Positions 28,445 through 36,355 of a stretch of 64,000 nt of DNA are shown here, piece by piece. Source of the stretch: a bacterium. Lineage in GTDB: Bacteria; Electryoneota; Electryoneia; Electryoneales; Electryoneaceae. The stretch's first letter is position 1. The number at the start of each line of letters is the position of its first letter. Made by a program: the position numbers and the translations under genes. The notes under the pieces were generated by a model that had not been told where the DNA came from, did not search any database, and worked only from the letters and a program-made list of their open reading frames with translations. The stretch covers positions 4,416,001-4,480,000 of the forward strand of contig CAXXKJ010000002.1 in NCBI GenBank assembly GCA_963675295.2, written 5' to 3'.

Positions 28445-29923
28445 TTATTCCGCCAGGTGATCGATGGCGTTCTGCAGCAGATCCATCGAGTAACTGGGGT
28501 TGTGAATGCCCATCGACCCGTCGTTGACGACGAACACCAGGGCGTACGCGGCTTCACGTTCTGCCACAGTGACGCCATCCGCCTGGCTGTCGAAGTTATC
28601 CGCGAAGTCCATGTAGTCCGAATAACCGAGGGCAACCGCGAGCTCGTTCATCTTGGCTTCGGTGTCGGTCTGGACGCCACCCTTGTCGAAGTCGCCCGGA
28701 TCGAGGCTGTGGCAACCGTAGCAGGCCGCGCCTTCCGGAGCGAACTGGTGGTAAACGTGCTCAGCTTCTTCACCGTGCAGCTCTTCGAAGCGGACCATGT
28801 GGCAGGCCACGCAGCCGCTACGTTCTTCGTTGGCGAGGACGTTCTGGTGCGAGTTTTCGCGATCGTAGTCGTAGCCATCGATCTCGTAGCAACCCCAACC
28901 GATGAACATGTCCATCTGCGGCGATCCGTGCGGACCGAAGTGGGCGTAGCCGTCTGCGATCTGGCCAAGCACGTTGTCGGTGTCGCGACGCGCGTGGTGG
29001 CACTGGGCGCAAGTCTGGCCGGCGTAGAAACCGTCGAACGTACCCATGGACGGATCTTCTTCCGGATCGTAGCCTGGGTGGAATTCGACGTGGACGGCAC
29101 TGACGTTACGCAGCTGTCCCGGGTTGTTCGCATCGTGCGGATCGTGGCAGGTCTGGCAGCCAATCCAGCTGTACGGACCATCGTAGTCGGCATGAGCCGC
29201 GTCATTGGCCGCGATGAAGCCTTCACCGGTATGGCACGGGGCGCAGGAACCGCCGGCATAATGCTCTTCGCGGAATCCTTCGAGGTTGCCACCGGCGTTG
29301 GCATGACCGGACATCTGCCATTCTTCGAGCTGACGCTCGTGGCACGGCATGCAGGTGGATTCGAATTCGATTTCGCCGCCGACATCTTCCCAGATGGTGG
29401 AAAGGCCGACTTCAGCGCGGTGTGCACCAACGCCATCCAGCGGGCCGAGGGCGCCGTGGCAGGCTTCGCACTGCACGCCTTCGAGGGCGGCACGGCGCAT
29501 GGCAGCGGAATCGCCTTCAACGCCGAAGTAGTTGTCGTAGCCGTACATGTCTTCGCCACCCGGGAATTCAGTGGCACCGAACGAGACCATTTCGTCAACA
29601 CCGGTCACGTGGCACTGCAGGCAGTAGGGGTTTTCCTGATCTTCGGCTGCCAGATCGGCGTAGGCGTTCGGGTGGGCGGTACCCATCCAGCCATCAACGG
29701 TCGCGCCGTGGCAGTGGGCGCATTCGTCACCGTTGTTGCCGATAAAGGTGAACGGGTCGATGGTGGCATCCTTGCCGTCTTCACCGTCCTGGCCATCTTC
29801 ACCCGCTTCACCCTGCTCACCCTGCGGACCCGCCGGGCCCTGCGCGCCTTCTTCGCCTTCACAACCGAAGAGCACAAAAGCCAGCATGATCGCAAGCATC
29901 ATGACTAACAGGTTACGAAACAT
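28445..29923 (-). CDS. Lipoprotein 9-heme cytochrome c with N-terminal collagen-like (Gly-X-Y)10 segment
   Basis: AGGAGG RBS, lipobox LFGC, GEEGAQGPAGPQGEQGEAGEDGQDGEDGKD, 9 CxxCH, C-terminal DGSMGIHN helical tail. Confidence 0.9.
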   Translation of the reverse strand: MFRNLLVMMLAIMLAFVLFGCEGEEGAQGPAGPQGEQGEAGEDGQDGEDGKDATIDPFTFIGNNGDECAHCHGATVDGWMGTAHPNAYADLAAEDQENPYCLQCHVTGVDEMVSFGATEFPGGEDMYGYDNYFGVEGDSAAMRRAALEGVQCEACHGALGPLDGVGAHRAEVGLSTIWEDVGGEIEFESTCMPCHERQLEEWQMSGHANAGGNLEGFREEHYAGGSCAPCHTGEGFIAANDAAHADYDGPYSWIGCQTCHDPHDANNPGQLRNVSAVHVEFHPGYDPEEDPSMGTFDGFYAGQTCAQCHHARRDTDNVLGQIADGYAHFGPHGSPQMDMFIGWGCYEIDGYDYDRENSHQNVLANEERSGCVACHMVRFEELHGEEAEHVYHQFAPEGAACYGCHSLDPGDFDKGGVQTDTEAKMNELAVALGYSDYMDFADNFDSQADGVTVAEREAAYALVFVVNDGSMGIHNPSYSMDLLQNAIDHLAE

Positions 29924-29997
29924 TGGGGGCTTCCTCCTGAATGTTTGGCGGCCCTGAACCGCCGAAATGACTTCAATGCTGCTACTTGTTTCCAGAT

Positions 29998-30240
29998 TCA
30001 CAAAGTGCCGCGATAAAAATCGAGCGCTTTTTCGTCGTCTTCGTCAAACCATCCCATTTGCCGGTGCCGCTTGATCTGTTCCAAGGATAGTTTGCGCAGA
30101 TGCATCGCGTAATCATGCAAGGTGCCAAAGACGATACCGCTTTCCGTGTCCGTTCGAACCTCAGTTCCCTTGTGCGCAACTTCGAGCATCCGCTGACTTA
30201 AGGTCAGGATCTCCAGCAGGTAGCGGTTCTCGACGGACAT
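29998..30240 (-). CDS. Small helical hypothetical protein (80 aa), first gene after the sigma-54 promoter
   Basis: GGAG RBS; MSVENRYLLEIL...GIVFGTLHDYAMHLRKL...HRQMGWF. Confidence 0.75.
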   Translation of the reverse strand: MSVENRYLLEILTLSQRMLEVAHKGTEVRTDTESGIVFGTLHDYAMHLRKLSLEQIKRHRQMGWFDEDDEKALDFYRGTL

Positions 30241-30271
30241 ATCGGACTCCAATCCAGTTGCCGATCCATTG

Positions 30272-30286
30272 GCAGATTGTGTGCCA
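30272..30286 (-). promoter_or_regulatory. Sigma-54 (-24/-12) promoter of the cytochrome operon
   Basis: TGGCACACAATCTGC (GG-N10-GC), ~30 bp before the ATG at 30240. Confidence 0.75.
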
Positions 30287-30374
30287 TTTTCACAAAGTAA
30301 GACACTCCTAACAGCTAAACAGTTAAGAAAAGGAGGGTTAGTAAACTTAGGGGGTGCAAAAACAAAATAATGGT

Positions 30375-30540
30375 GTGACAATTCCTGACAATTCCGTGAC
30401 ATTCATTCCTGAACACTCGGAATTTTTGTACACGCGAAGTCTGCGTGGAGGCTCTAACAGCTTACTATTACCGGGGATTAACAGGCTGGACAGAATTTCT
30501 GAACACTCGATATGTCCAGAAATGAATTTCTGGACAGAAC
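30375..30540. promoter_or_regulatory. Putative upstream activating sequences for an enhancer-binding protein
   Basis: Perfect inverted repeat TGTCCAGAAAT-ga-ATTTCTGGACA (30513-30536), direct repeats CTGAACACTCG (30409, 30499) and TGACAATTCC x2. Confidence 0.65.
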
Positions 30541-30548
30541 TGTAATCA

Positions 30549-32285
30549 TTACACTTTTAATTCTTCGATGTAGCGGTACAGGGTTGTGCGGCTAACCCCG
30601 AGGAAATCCGCGGCTTTGGCTTTGTTGCCGCCGGCTTCCTTTAGCGCCTGTTCCACTTCGGCGGGATTCAGCTTGGGACGCCGGCCGCGCTTCGGGCCTC
30701 CCTGCTTAATGGAATTGCTGGATATTTCTGGCGACAGGTGATGTTCCTGAATTTCGCCGCCCTGCGATTTGATCATCGCGTAGTGGATGGCGTTTGACAG
30801 CTCGCGCACGTTCCCAGGCCAGGCATATTGCATCAGCGCGTTCAATGCGTTACTGGAAACCCCCTCGGCGGCCATGTGGTTCTCATTGGCGAACTGCTCG
30901 ATGAAATACTCAATGAGTAGTGGGATGTCGGTCTTGCGTTCGCGAAGTGGCGGGATACGGATCGGCACCACCGCGAGCCGGTAGTACAGGTCCTGGCGGA
31001 ACTGGCCGGAGTCGGTGAGTTGCTTCAGGTTGCGGTTGGTCGCGCAGATGACCATCACGTCCACGTTAACCGGTTCTTCCCCACCAACGCGCTCGAAGGT
31101 TTTCTCCTGCAGCACGCGCAGCAGTTTCACCTGCAGCTTCTGGCTGATCTCGCCGATTTCGTCCAGGAACAGGATGCCGCCGTCCGCCAGCTCGAACCGT
31201 CCCTTCTTGTCCCGGATCGCGCTGGTGAACGCGCCCTTGACGTGGCCGAACAGTTCGGATTCCAGCGTTCCCTCGGGCAACGCGCCACAATTGACCGGAA
31301 CAAATGGTTTGTTCGCGCGGGGGCTTAGCTTGTGGATCGCCTGCGCGACCAGCTCCTTGCCGGTACCGCTCTCCCCTTCAATGAGAATCGGCACATTGAC
31401 CTTCGCCACCTCACGCAGGTTAGCGTAAATCTTTGTCATCGACGGGTGCAGGCCGATAATGCCCTGGAAGCCGCGGCTGGCTTCGAGCCGGGTGCGCAGC
31501 TGGTTCATCTCGGTCATGTCCCGGAGCAGGATCAATGCGCCGGTGCGATTGTCCTCGGCGTCCATCATCGGCATGATCGACATGCGCAGGCTGCGCAGTT
31601 CGCCGTCCTTGCGGCGATATTCGATCGGGATGTCGGCGCGCACATCGATGTTCGGATTCTTCATGCACACGTCGCAATCCTTGCCGCAGAAATGGCCGGG
31701 CATGATCGCGTGGCAATCGGCGCCGAGCGCTTCTCCGGCGGAGAGGCCGGTGATATCCTCGGCGGCGTGATTGAAGAAGAAAATCTTGCGTTGCTTGTCG
31801 TGGGCGATGACACCGTCCGTCATCGCGTTCAGCAGCCTGCCGTAGCTGAGTTGCAGCTCGACAATCGCCTCGAAGTAGCCCTGTTCGAAGAAGATACGGA
31901 CCCGGTCACGGATTTCGTCCCGTACCCGGCGGAAGTGATCGGTGAGATCCTTGCCGTTTCCCTTGACCAGCACCAACGGATCGCTGAGTCCCCAATGAAC
32001 GCGTGCCGGCGAGCCCGGGAATTGCGGATTCTCTTCCTGTAGTCGCACACACACCGTCACCACCGCCTCAAAACTGGTGGCGGTCAGTTCCTGCATCGCC
32101 GGGCTGGAATCCGGGATTTCGAGGTCAACTTCCGCCATCACCTTGCGCGCAACGGGGTGCACCATCTCCGGTTCAAGGCTGGCAGCGTGGATCTCAACGT
32201 TGTCCGGGGCCATATGACGCGCGAAAGCAGCCGCCATTTGGCTGCGGCCGGATGGACCCTTGCAGATGAACAAAATGTGGTGCAT
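30549..32285 (-). CDS. Sigma-54 enhancer-binding protein: ArsC/LMW-PTP-like + PAS + AAA+ + Fis HTH
   Basis: ILFICKGPSGRSQMA, HWGLSDP, FRRVRDEIR; PAS (DGVI..FNHAAEDITG); GESGTGKE, ESELFGHVKGAFTSA, WPGNVREL, HTH AADFLGVSRTTLYR. Confidence 0.93.
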   Translation of the reverse strand: MHHILFICKGPSGRSQMAAAFARHMAPDNVEIHAASLEPEMVHPVARKVMAEVDLEIPDSSPAMQELTATSFEAVVTVCVRLQEENPQFPGSPARVHWGLSDPLVLVKGNGKDLTDHFRRVRDEIRDRVRIFFEQGYFEAIVELQLSYGRLLNAMTDGVIAHDKQRKIFFFNHAAEDITGLSAGEALGADCHAIMPGHFCGKDCDVCMKNPNIDVRADIPIEYRRKDGELRSLRMSIMPMMDAEDNRTGALILLRDMTEMNQLRTRLEASRGFQGIIGLHPSMTKIYANLREVAKVNVPILIEGESGTGKELVAQAIHKLSPRANKPFVPVNCGALPEGTLESELFGHVKGAFTSAIRDKKGRFELADGGILFLDEIGEISQKLQVKLLRVLQEKTFERVGGEEPVNVDVMVICATNRNLKQLTDSGQFRQDLYYRLAVVPIRIPPLRERKTDIPLLIEYFIEQFANENHMAAEGVSSNALNALMQYAWPGNVRELSNAIHYAMIKSQGGEIQEHHLSPEISSNSIKQGGPKRGRRPKLNPAEVEQALKEAGGNKAKAADFLGVSRTTLYRYIEELKV

Positions 32286-32658
32286 GGAACTCCAGAACGT
32301 AAGGACAGGAAAGGATACGGCAGCCGGCATGGGTCTGGCAAGACAGGACATGCACAATCTCGGCCATCCGGTGTGATAGACAGCGGATATCGTGGTCTTC
32401 TTTTACATAATGGCATGTTTTCATGTGATGAAGATCTCAAGACTCATCGTTATTGTTGATCTTGAACGGAATTGGGATTGCGCTGTGCAGCCACCCCTGC
32501 CGCCCCGAATCACGACACCCCCCGAACAGCTCCCAGTTTCGTTGACTCGAAGTGTTAGGCGTTCCTACCTTTTGCCCGAAGGACGGGGGTGATTGGTTTC
32601 TGACGAGTTCGTCCCTCCTTTCACAACCCGAACTGATTGTTATTACGTGGAGATAGCC

Positions 32659-32979
32659 ATGTTTTGCGCGATGAACCGGATTACGGTGCAGGAAGACTAT
32701 GTTGAGAAGTTCGAATACATGTTCAAGACCCGTGCGGGCGAAGTGGACAAGGAACCGGGGTTTGTTGACGTCAAGATCCTGCGTCCGAAGCAGCCTGGGA
32801 AGCCGTACATCGTGCTCTCCTTCTGGGAGACCGAAGCAAACTTCCAGCAGTGGGTAGACAGCGGTGCGTACATGAAGGGCCACAGCCGGGCGTTCGGGGA
32901 TATGAAGCAGGCGGCGGATGAGAAGCGGCAGATGCCGATGCGGTCGGACATGGAGACGTTCGAGGTATTCGCGGAGTAA
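32659..32979 (+). CDS. ABM-family monooxygenase, IsdG/HmoA heme-degrading-like
   Basis: MNRITV (Asn), F..R...VDKEPGF, W ET...FQQW..S..Y..GH. Confidence 0.8.
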   Translation: MFCAMNRITVQEDYVEKFEYMFKTRAGEVDKEPGFVDVKILRPKQPGKPYIVLSFWETEANFQQWVDSGAYMKGHSRAFGDMKQAADEKRQMPMRSDMETFEVFAE

Positions 32980-32990
32980 GCGGCGGTTGA

Positions 32991-33033
32991 CCCGCGATAG
33001 CCGTCACAAACAGACGTGACGGTCAATCACGGG
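32991..33033. repeat. 43-bp hairpin repeat, copy 1 (copy 2 at 43650-43692)
   Basis: cccgcgatagccgtcacaaacagacgtgacggtcaatcacggg; 3 mismatches between copies. Confidence 0.8.
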
Positions 33034-33111
33034 AACCAACAGCTGAGGCTGTGAGCTATGGGCTATGGGAAGACGTGCCCCTGATGGATCACTATCAGGG
33101 GCACATTCCGT

Positions 33112-34551
33112 TTATCTAATCAGTGTCACGCGCTGGGTGGCGCGGTGACCGTCCGGAGTGAGCAGCTGAATGACGTACACCCCGCTGGCGTTATCGTGCG
33201 CGGACCAGGTAATCGGGACAACACCGGCGTTGGTTGCGGGGACCGACCAGTAGTCGACCTGCCGTCCGAGCATATCAAACACCGCGACCTGTACCGGCCC
33301 GGTGGTGGGTGTGGTCAGGGTCAACGTGGTGTTGCTGTTGAATGGGTTTGGATAAGCGGGCTGAAGCTCGAAACCGGGGACGATGGTAATCAATCTTTCA
33401 GCATCCTTGGACGCCAATACCGGGTCATCGATCAAATACTGCACCAAACCCAGGTAATACATAGTAAGATCTTGATCGTAACCAACATAGCCAAATAAAA
33501 GTTCCTGATCTGATACTACAGTAACTGGATGCCGTGAGTCGCGAGAATTGAACATCTCCTCGCTGAAACGCAGGTTCCCTTCAGGCCCAGAAAGCTGTAC
33601 ATGTCCGTTTCTCCAGCGCAGGATCGTAATACCATCCCTCCAGCATGTAATGCTTCCCAGTTTACAAACTTGAGGAAGTGGGAAAGCGTTGGTGTAGTTC
33701 CAAATTAGGTTTCCACCAGCATCCAATTTCGTTCTGGAGAAGTATAAAGCAGATTCCTCTGTAAGGATATAAGTATTTCCATCGGTATCCTGATCAATAC
33801 TGTGAATGTCGGCATCGCCGAATTCATAAGTCCACCGATGATTACCGTTTAAGTCATAACTCGTAACCATGGCGTCCCTGTGGTCATAAAATTCCTCATA
33901 ACCGTACACAACCGTGCTCGGAGATATGTCTGCTGCAAGTCTTAACTCGTAAGCTTGCGGATTATCGTCCATTATTCGTGTACCTATTTGCTGCCCGCTC
34001 ATGGCGTTAATAGCCATCAGAAATTCCTTCACATGTCCTTCCGATTGCTTGAAAAAACCGGCAACGAGAACCGTATCCATACCAAGAATGGTCAGATCAC
34101 TTAGTTTTTTCCGCGTAGCCGGCCATGCCTCATGAGTGTTGAATTCCCACATTAACGTTCCGATAGTACTGTATCGTTTTACGATCAGATCGCGCGGTAG
34201 GCCCTGTGTATTTCTCCGGCTGTTGTGAGTGTAAGCGACTATCATGCTGCCATCCCACAGTGGTTCGATAAACGCATTCTGGAAATCGGTTGGCCAGTAG
34301 GCCTGATCCACAACGGTTAACCACAGTTCATTTCCGGTATGATCACTAGCGCGTAGGTAGAGCGTTTTCAGGTTCCACTGGTCAGTTTTAAATAACTGTA
34401 CTACCGACCTGTCAGGGAAAATGATAGTATCAAAACTGCGTAGCGGTAATTCAAGATCGTAGTAGCGGCTTTCCATCACGATAGTGTACTGTGCCGATGC
34501 GGTGGAAAAAGCAAGCAGGACCAGTAAAAGACAAAGAAACGTTTTTCGCAT
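33112..34551 (-). CDS. Secreted beta-propeller-type protein with T9SS type-A sorting domain
   Basis: Signal peptide, GxxxW repeats, AYPNPFNS..VFDMLGRQV..SGVYVI..QRVTLIR. Confidence 0.85.
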   Translation of the reverse strand: MRKTFLCLLLVLLAFSTASAQYTIVMESRYYDLELPLRSFDTIIFPDRSVVQLFKTDQWNLKTLYLRASDHTGNELWLTVVDQAYWPTDFQNAFIEPLWDGSMIVAYTHNSRRNTQGLPRDLIVKRYSTIGTLMWEFNTHEAWPATRKKLSDLTILGMDTVLVAGFFKQSEGHVKEFLMAINAMSGQQIGTRIMDDNPQAYELRLAADISPSTVVYGYEEFYDHRDAMVTSYDLNGNHRWTYEFGDADIHSIDQDTDGNTYILTEESALYFSRTKLDAGGNLIWNYTNAFPLPQVCKLGSITCWRDGITILRWRNGHVQLSGPEGNLRFSEEMFNSRDSRHPVTVVSDQELLFGYVGYDQDLTMYYLGLVQYLIDDPVLASKDAERLITIVPGFELQPAYPNPFNSNTTLTLTTPTTGPVQVAVFDMLGRQVDYWSVPATNAGVVPITWSAHDNASGVYVIQLLTPDGHRATQRVTLIR

Positions 34552-34600
34552 AGGATACTCCAGTTTTCATCCCTGATCGCATGGCGAACCAGATTTTCGG

Positions 34601-36061
34601 CTATCTGACCAACGTAACCCGCTGTGTCGCGCGGTGGCCATCCGGAGTGAGCAGCTGGATCACGTAGACGCCGCTGGCGAGATCGTGTGCGGACCACGTG
34701 ATCGGGACAACGCCAGCGTTGGTTGCGGGGACCGACCAGTTGTCTACCTGCCGTCCGAGCATATCAAACACCGCGACCTGCACCGGCCCGGTGGTGGGTG
34801 TGGTCAGGGTCAGCGTCGTCGAACTGTTGAATGGGTTCGGGTAAGCAAGTCCAACATTGAATGGCACGGGAGTGATCATGGTGGATGCGGTCATGGGTGA
34901 ATCTGCCATGCCCGCAAGCACTTGTTCGTCATAGTGATACTGAACCACCCCAACAACGTTTTCCTGTATGTCGTAGTTATATCCAGAGTATCCGAATAGT
35001 AGATCCTGATCAGAGATTACGCTTACCGGATGGCGCCTGTAACCTCCATTCAGCAGATCACTTTGCCACTGTATGTGTCCCTGACCGCCAACCACTTGTA
35101 CTTCCCCCTGTCGCCATCTTAGCAGTGCCAGCTCTTCCCGCCAGACAGTAATACTACCTCTGTTGCTTCCGTCCGGGAAAATCAGTTCACGTTGCCAAAG
35201 TTCATTTCCTTGAGCATCAAGCCGAAACAGTGTGTAGCGGTCTCTAGGTTCGTGAACCAACACGAAACATTCAGTTCCGTTCAACAGACAGACATCCATG
35301 ATTGAACGAATACGATCTATATTCTCAATATGATGTGACCAGAGAAGGTTGCCATCGTGCGTATACACTTTGACCATGGCGGGAAAATCTGGAAAGCTGT
35401 CTTCCATGTAACCATAGGCGACGGCTACGGAGGAAATGTCAGCACTGATTCGGAATCGTCCAGATCTTGGTTCTCCCACGATTGCAACTTGATCCAGCAG
35501 CAATCCACTCATGGCATTCACCTTCAGTAGATACTTCTGGATGTGAGTGTGGTCGCGATGGTAGAATCCTGAGACCGCGATGGTGTCCATGCCCAGAATC
35601 GTGAGGTCACAAAGGTACTTGTGTGCCGCTGGCCATGCGGATTCCGTGCTGAATTCCCACATCAGTGTCCCATTGGTGGCAAACCGTTTAATGATAAGGT
35701 CGCGTGGGTAGCCAGAATGATTCCCTCGATTCAGGAATGCATAGGCAACAATCATACTGCCATCCCAGAGCGGTTCGATATAGGCATCACGGAATTGCGA
35801 GAACAACCGGGCGGTGTCGACAAGGACTGTCCACAAAGGGGAGCCGTTCGCGTCAACCTTGCGCAGCATCAACGTATCCAACGCGTTCACTTCCAGTTTA
35901 TACAGTTGAGCTGCAGATCCATCCGAAAATACCGCGGTATCGAAGCTGCGACCATAACTGGGACTGGTAACAACCTCATTTTGCATGACCAGTTGCGGCT
36001 GGGCGAATGTGGGAGTCAGGGACAGCAGGGCAAAGGCGAAACTGAGAAGGGCGGTTCTCAT
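34601..36061 (-). CDS. Secreted beta-propeller-type protein with T9SS sorting domain; tandem paralog of 33112-34551
   Basis: Shared IEPLWDGSMIVAY, DLTILGMDT, VNAMSG and near-identical CTD. Confidence 0.85.
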   Translation of the reverse strand: MRTALLSFAFALLSLTPTFAQPQLVMQNEVVTSPSYGRSFDTAVFSDGSAAQLYKLEVNALDTLMLRKVDANGSPLWTVLVDTARLFSQFRDAYIEPLWDGSMIVAYAFLNRGNHSGYPRDLIIKRFATNGTLMWEFSTESAWPAAHKYLCDLTILGMDTIAVSGFYHRDHTHIQKYLLKVNAMSGLLLDQVAIVGEPRSGRFRISADISSVAVAYGYMEDSFPDFPAMVKVYTHDGNLLWSHHIENIDRIRSIMDVCLLNGTECFVLVHEPRDRYTLFRLDAQGNELWQRELIFPDGSNRGSITVWREELALLRWRQGEVQVVGGQGHIQWQSDLLNGGYRRHPVSVISDQDLLFGYSGYNYDIQENVVGVVQYHYDEQVLAGMADSPMTASTMITPVPFNVGLAYPNPFNSSTTLTLTTPTTGPVQVAVFDMLGRQVDNWSVPATNAGVVPITWSAHDLASGVYVIQLLTPDGHRATQRVTLVR

Positions 36062-36355
36062 GGGATACTCCTTTCATACGTGTACACCACCGGTCAAGTC
36101 TGATAGCACGAACGTTGGGGCGACCGGCACCTCTGATCGCTGGAATATACCTCGGTTTGGGACCAACGCGCCAGTCAACGGGGACAGAATCAGGAATTCG
36201 CCGGTTTTCCGGGCTTCATGACGTTCATTAGCTTGATCGTACGCTCTCAATAGCCGGGAAGACTATGCGAAAAACTGACGTTCATCTTGCGATCTGTTTT
36301 GCAGCCATCTATGTTAACCCTTGCAATTGAGCCAACATCAAATGAGGTATCTGCC

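Noticed and set aside
25102-29908. Long + strand ORFs (653 aa, 483 aa) over the cytochrome genes; similar ones at 10687-12609 and 57506-59677
   Set aside because: Antisense shadows of well-supported genes caused by high-GC codon bias; no motifs or RBS.
28445-29923. NrfA/ONR nitrite reductase call
   Set aside because: No CxxCK catalytic motif; all nine motifs are CxxCH.
30549-32285. Arsenic-resistance (ars) operon
   Set aside because: No arsR, acr3/arsB or arrAB in the window; the ArsC-like domain is fused to a regulator and degenerate.
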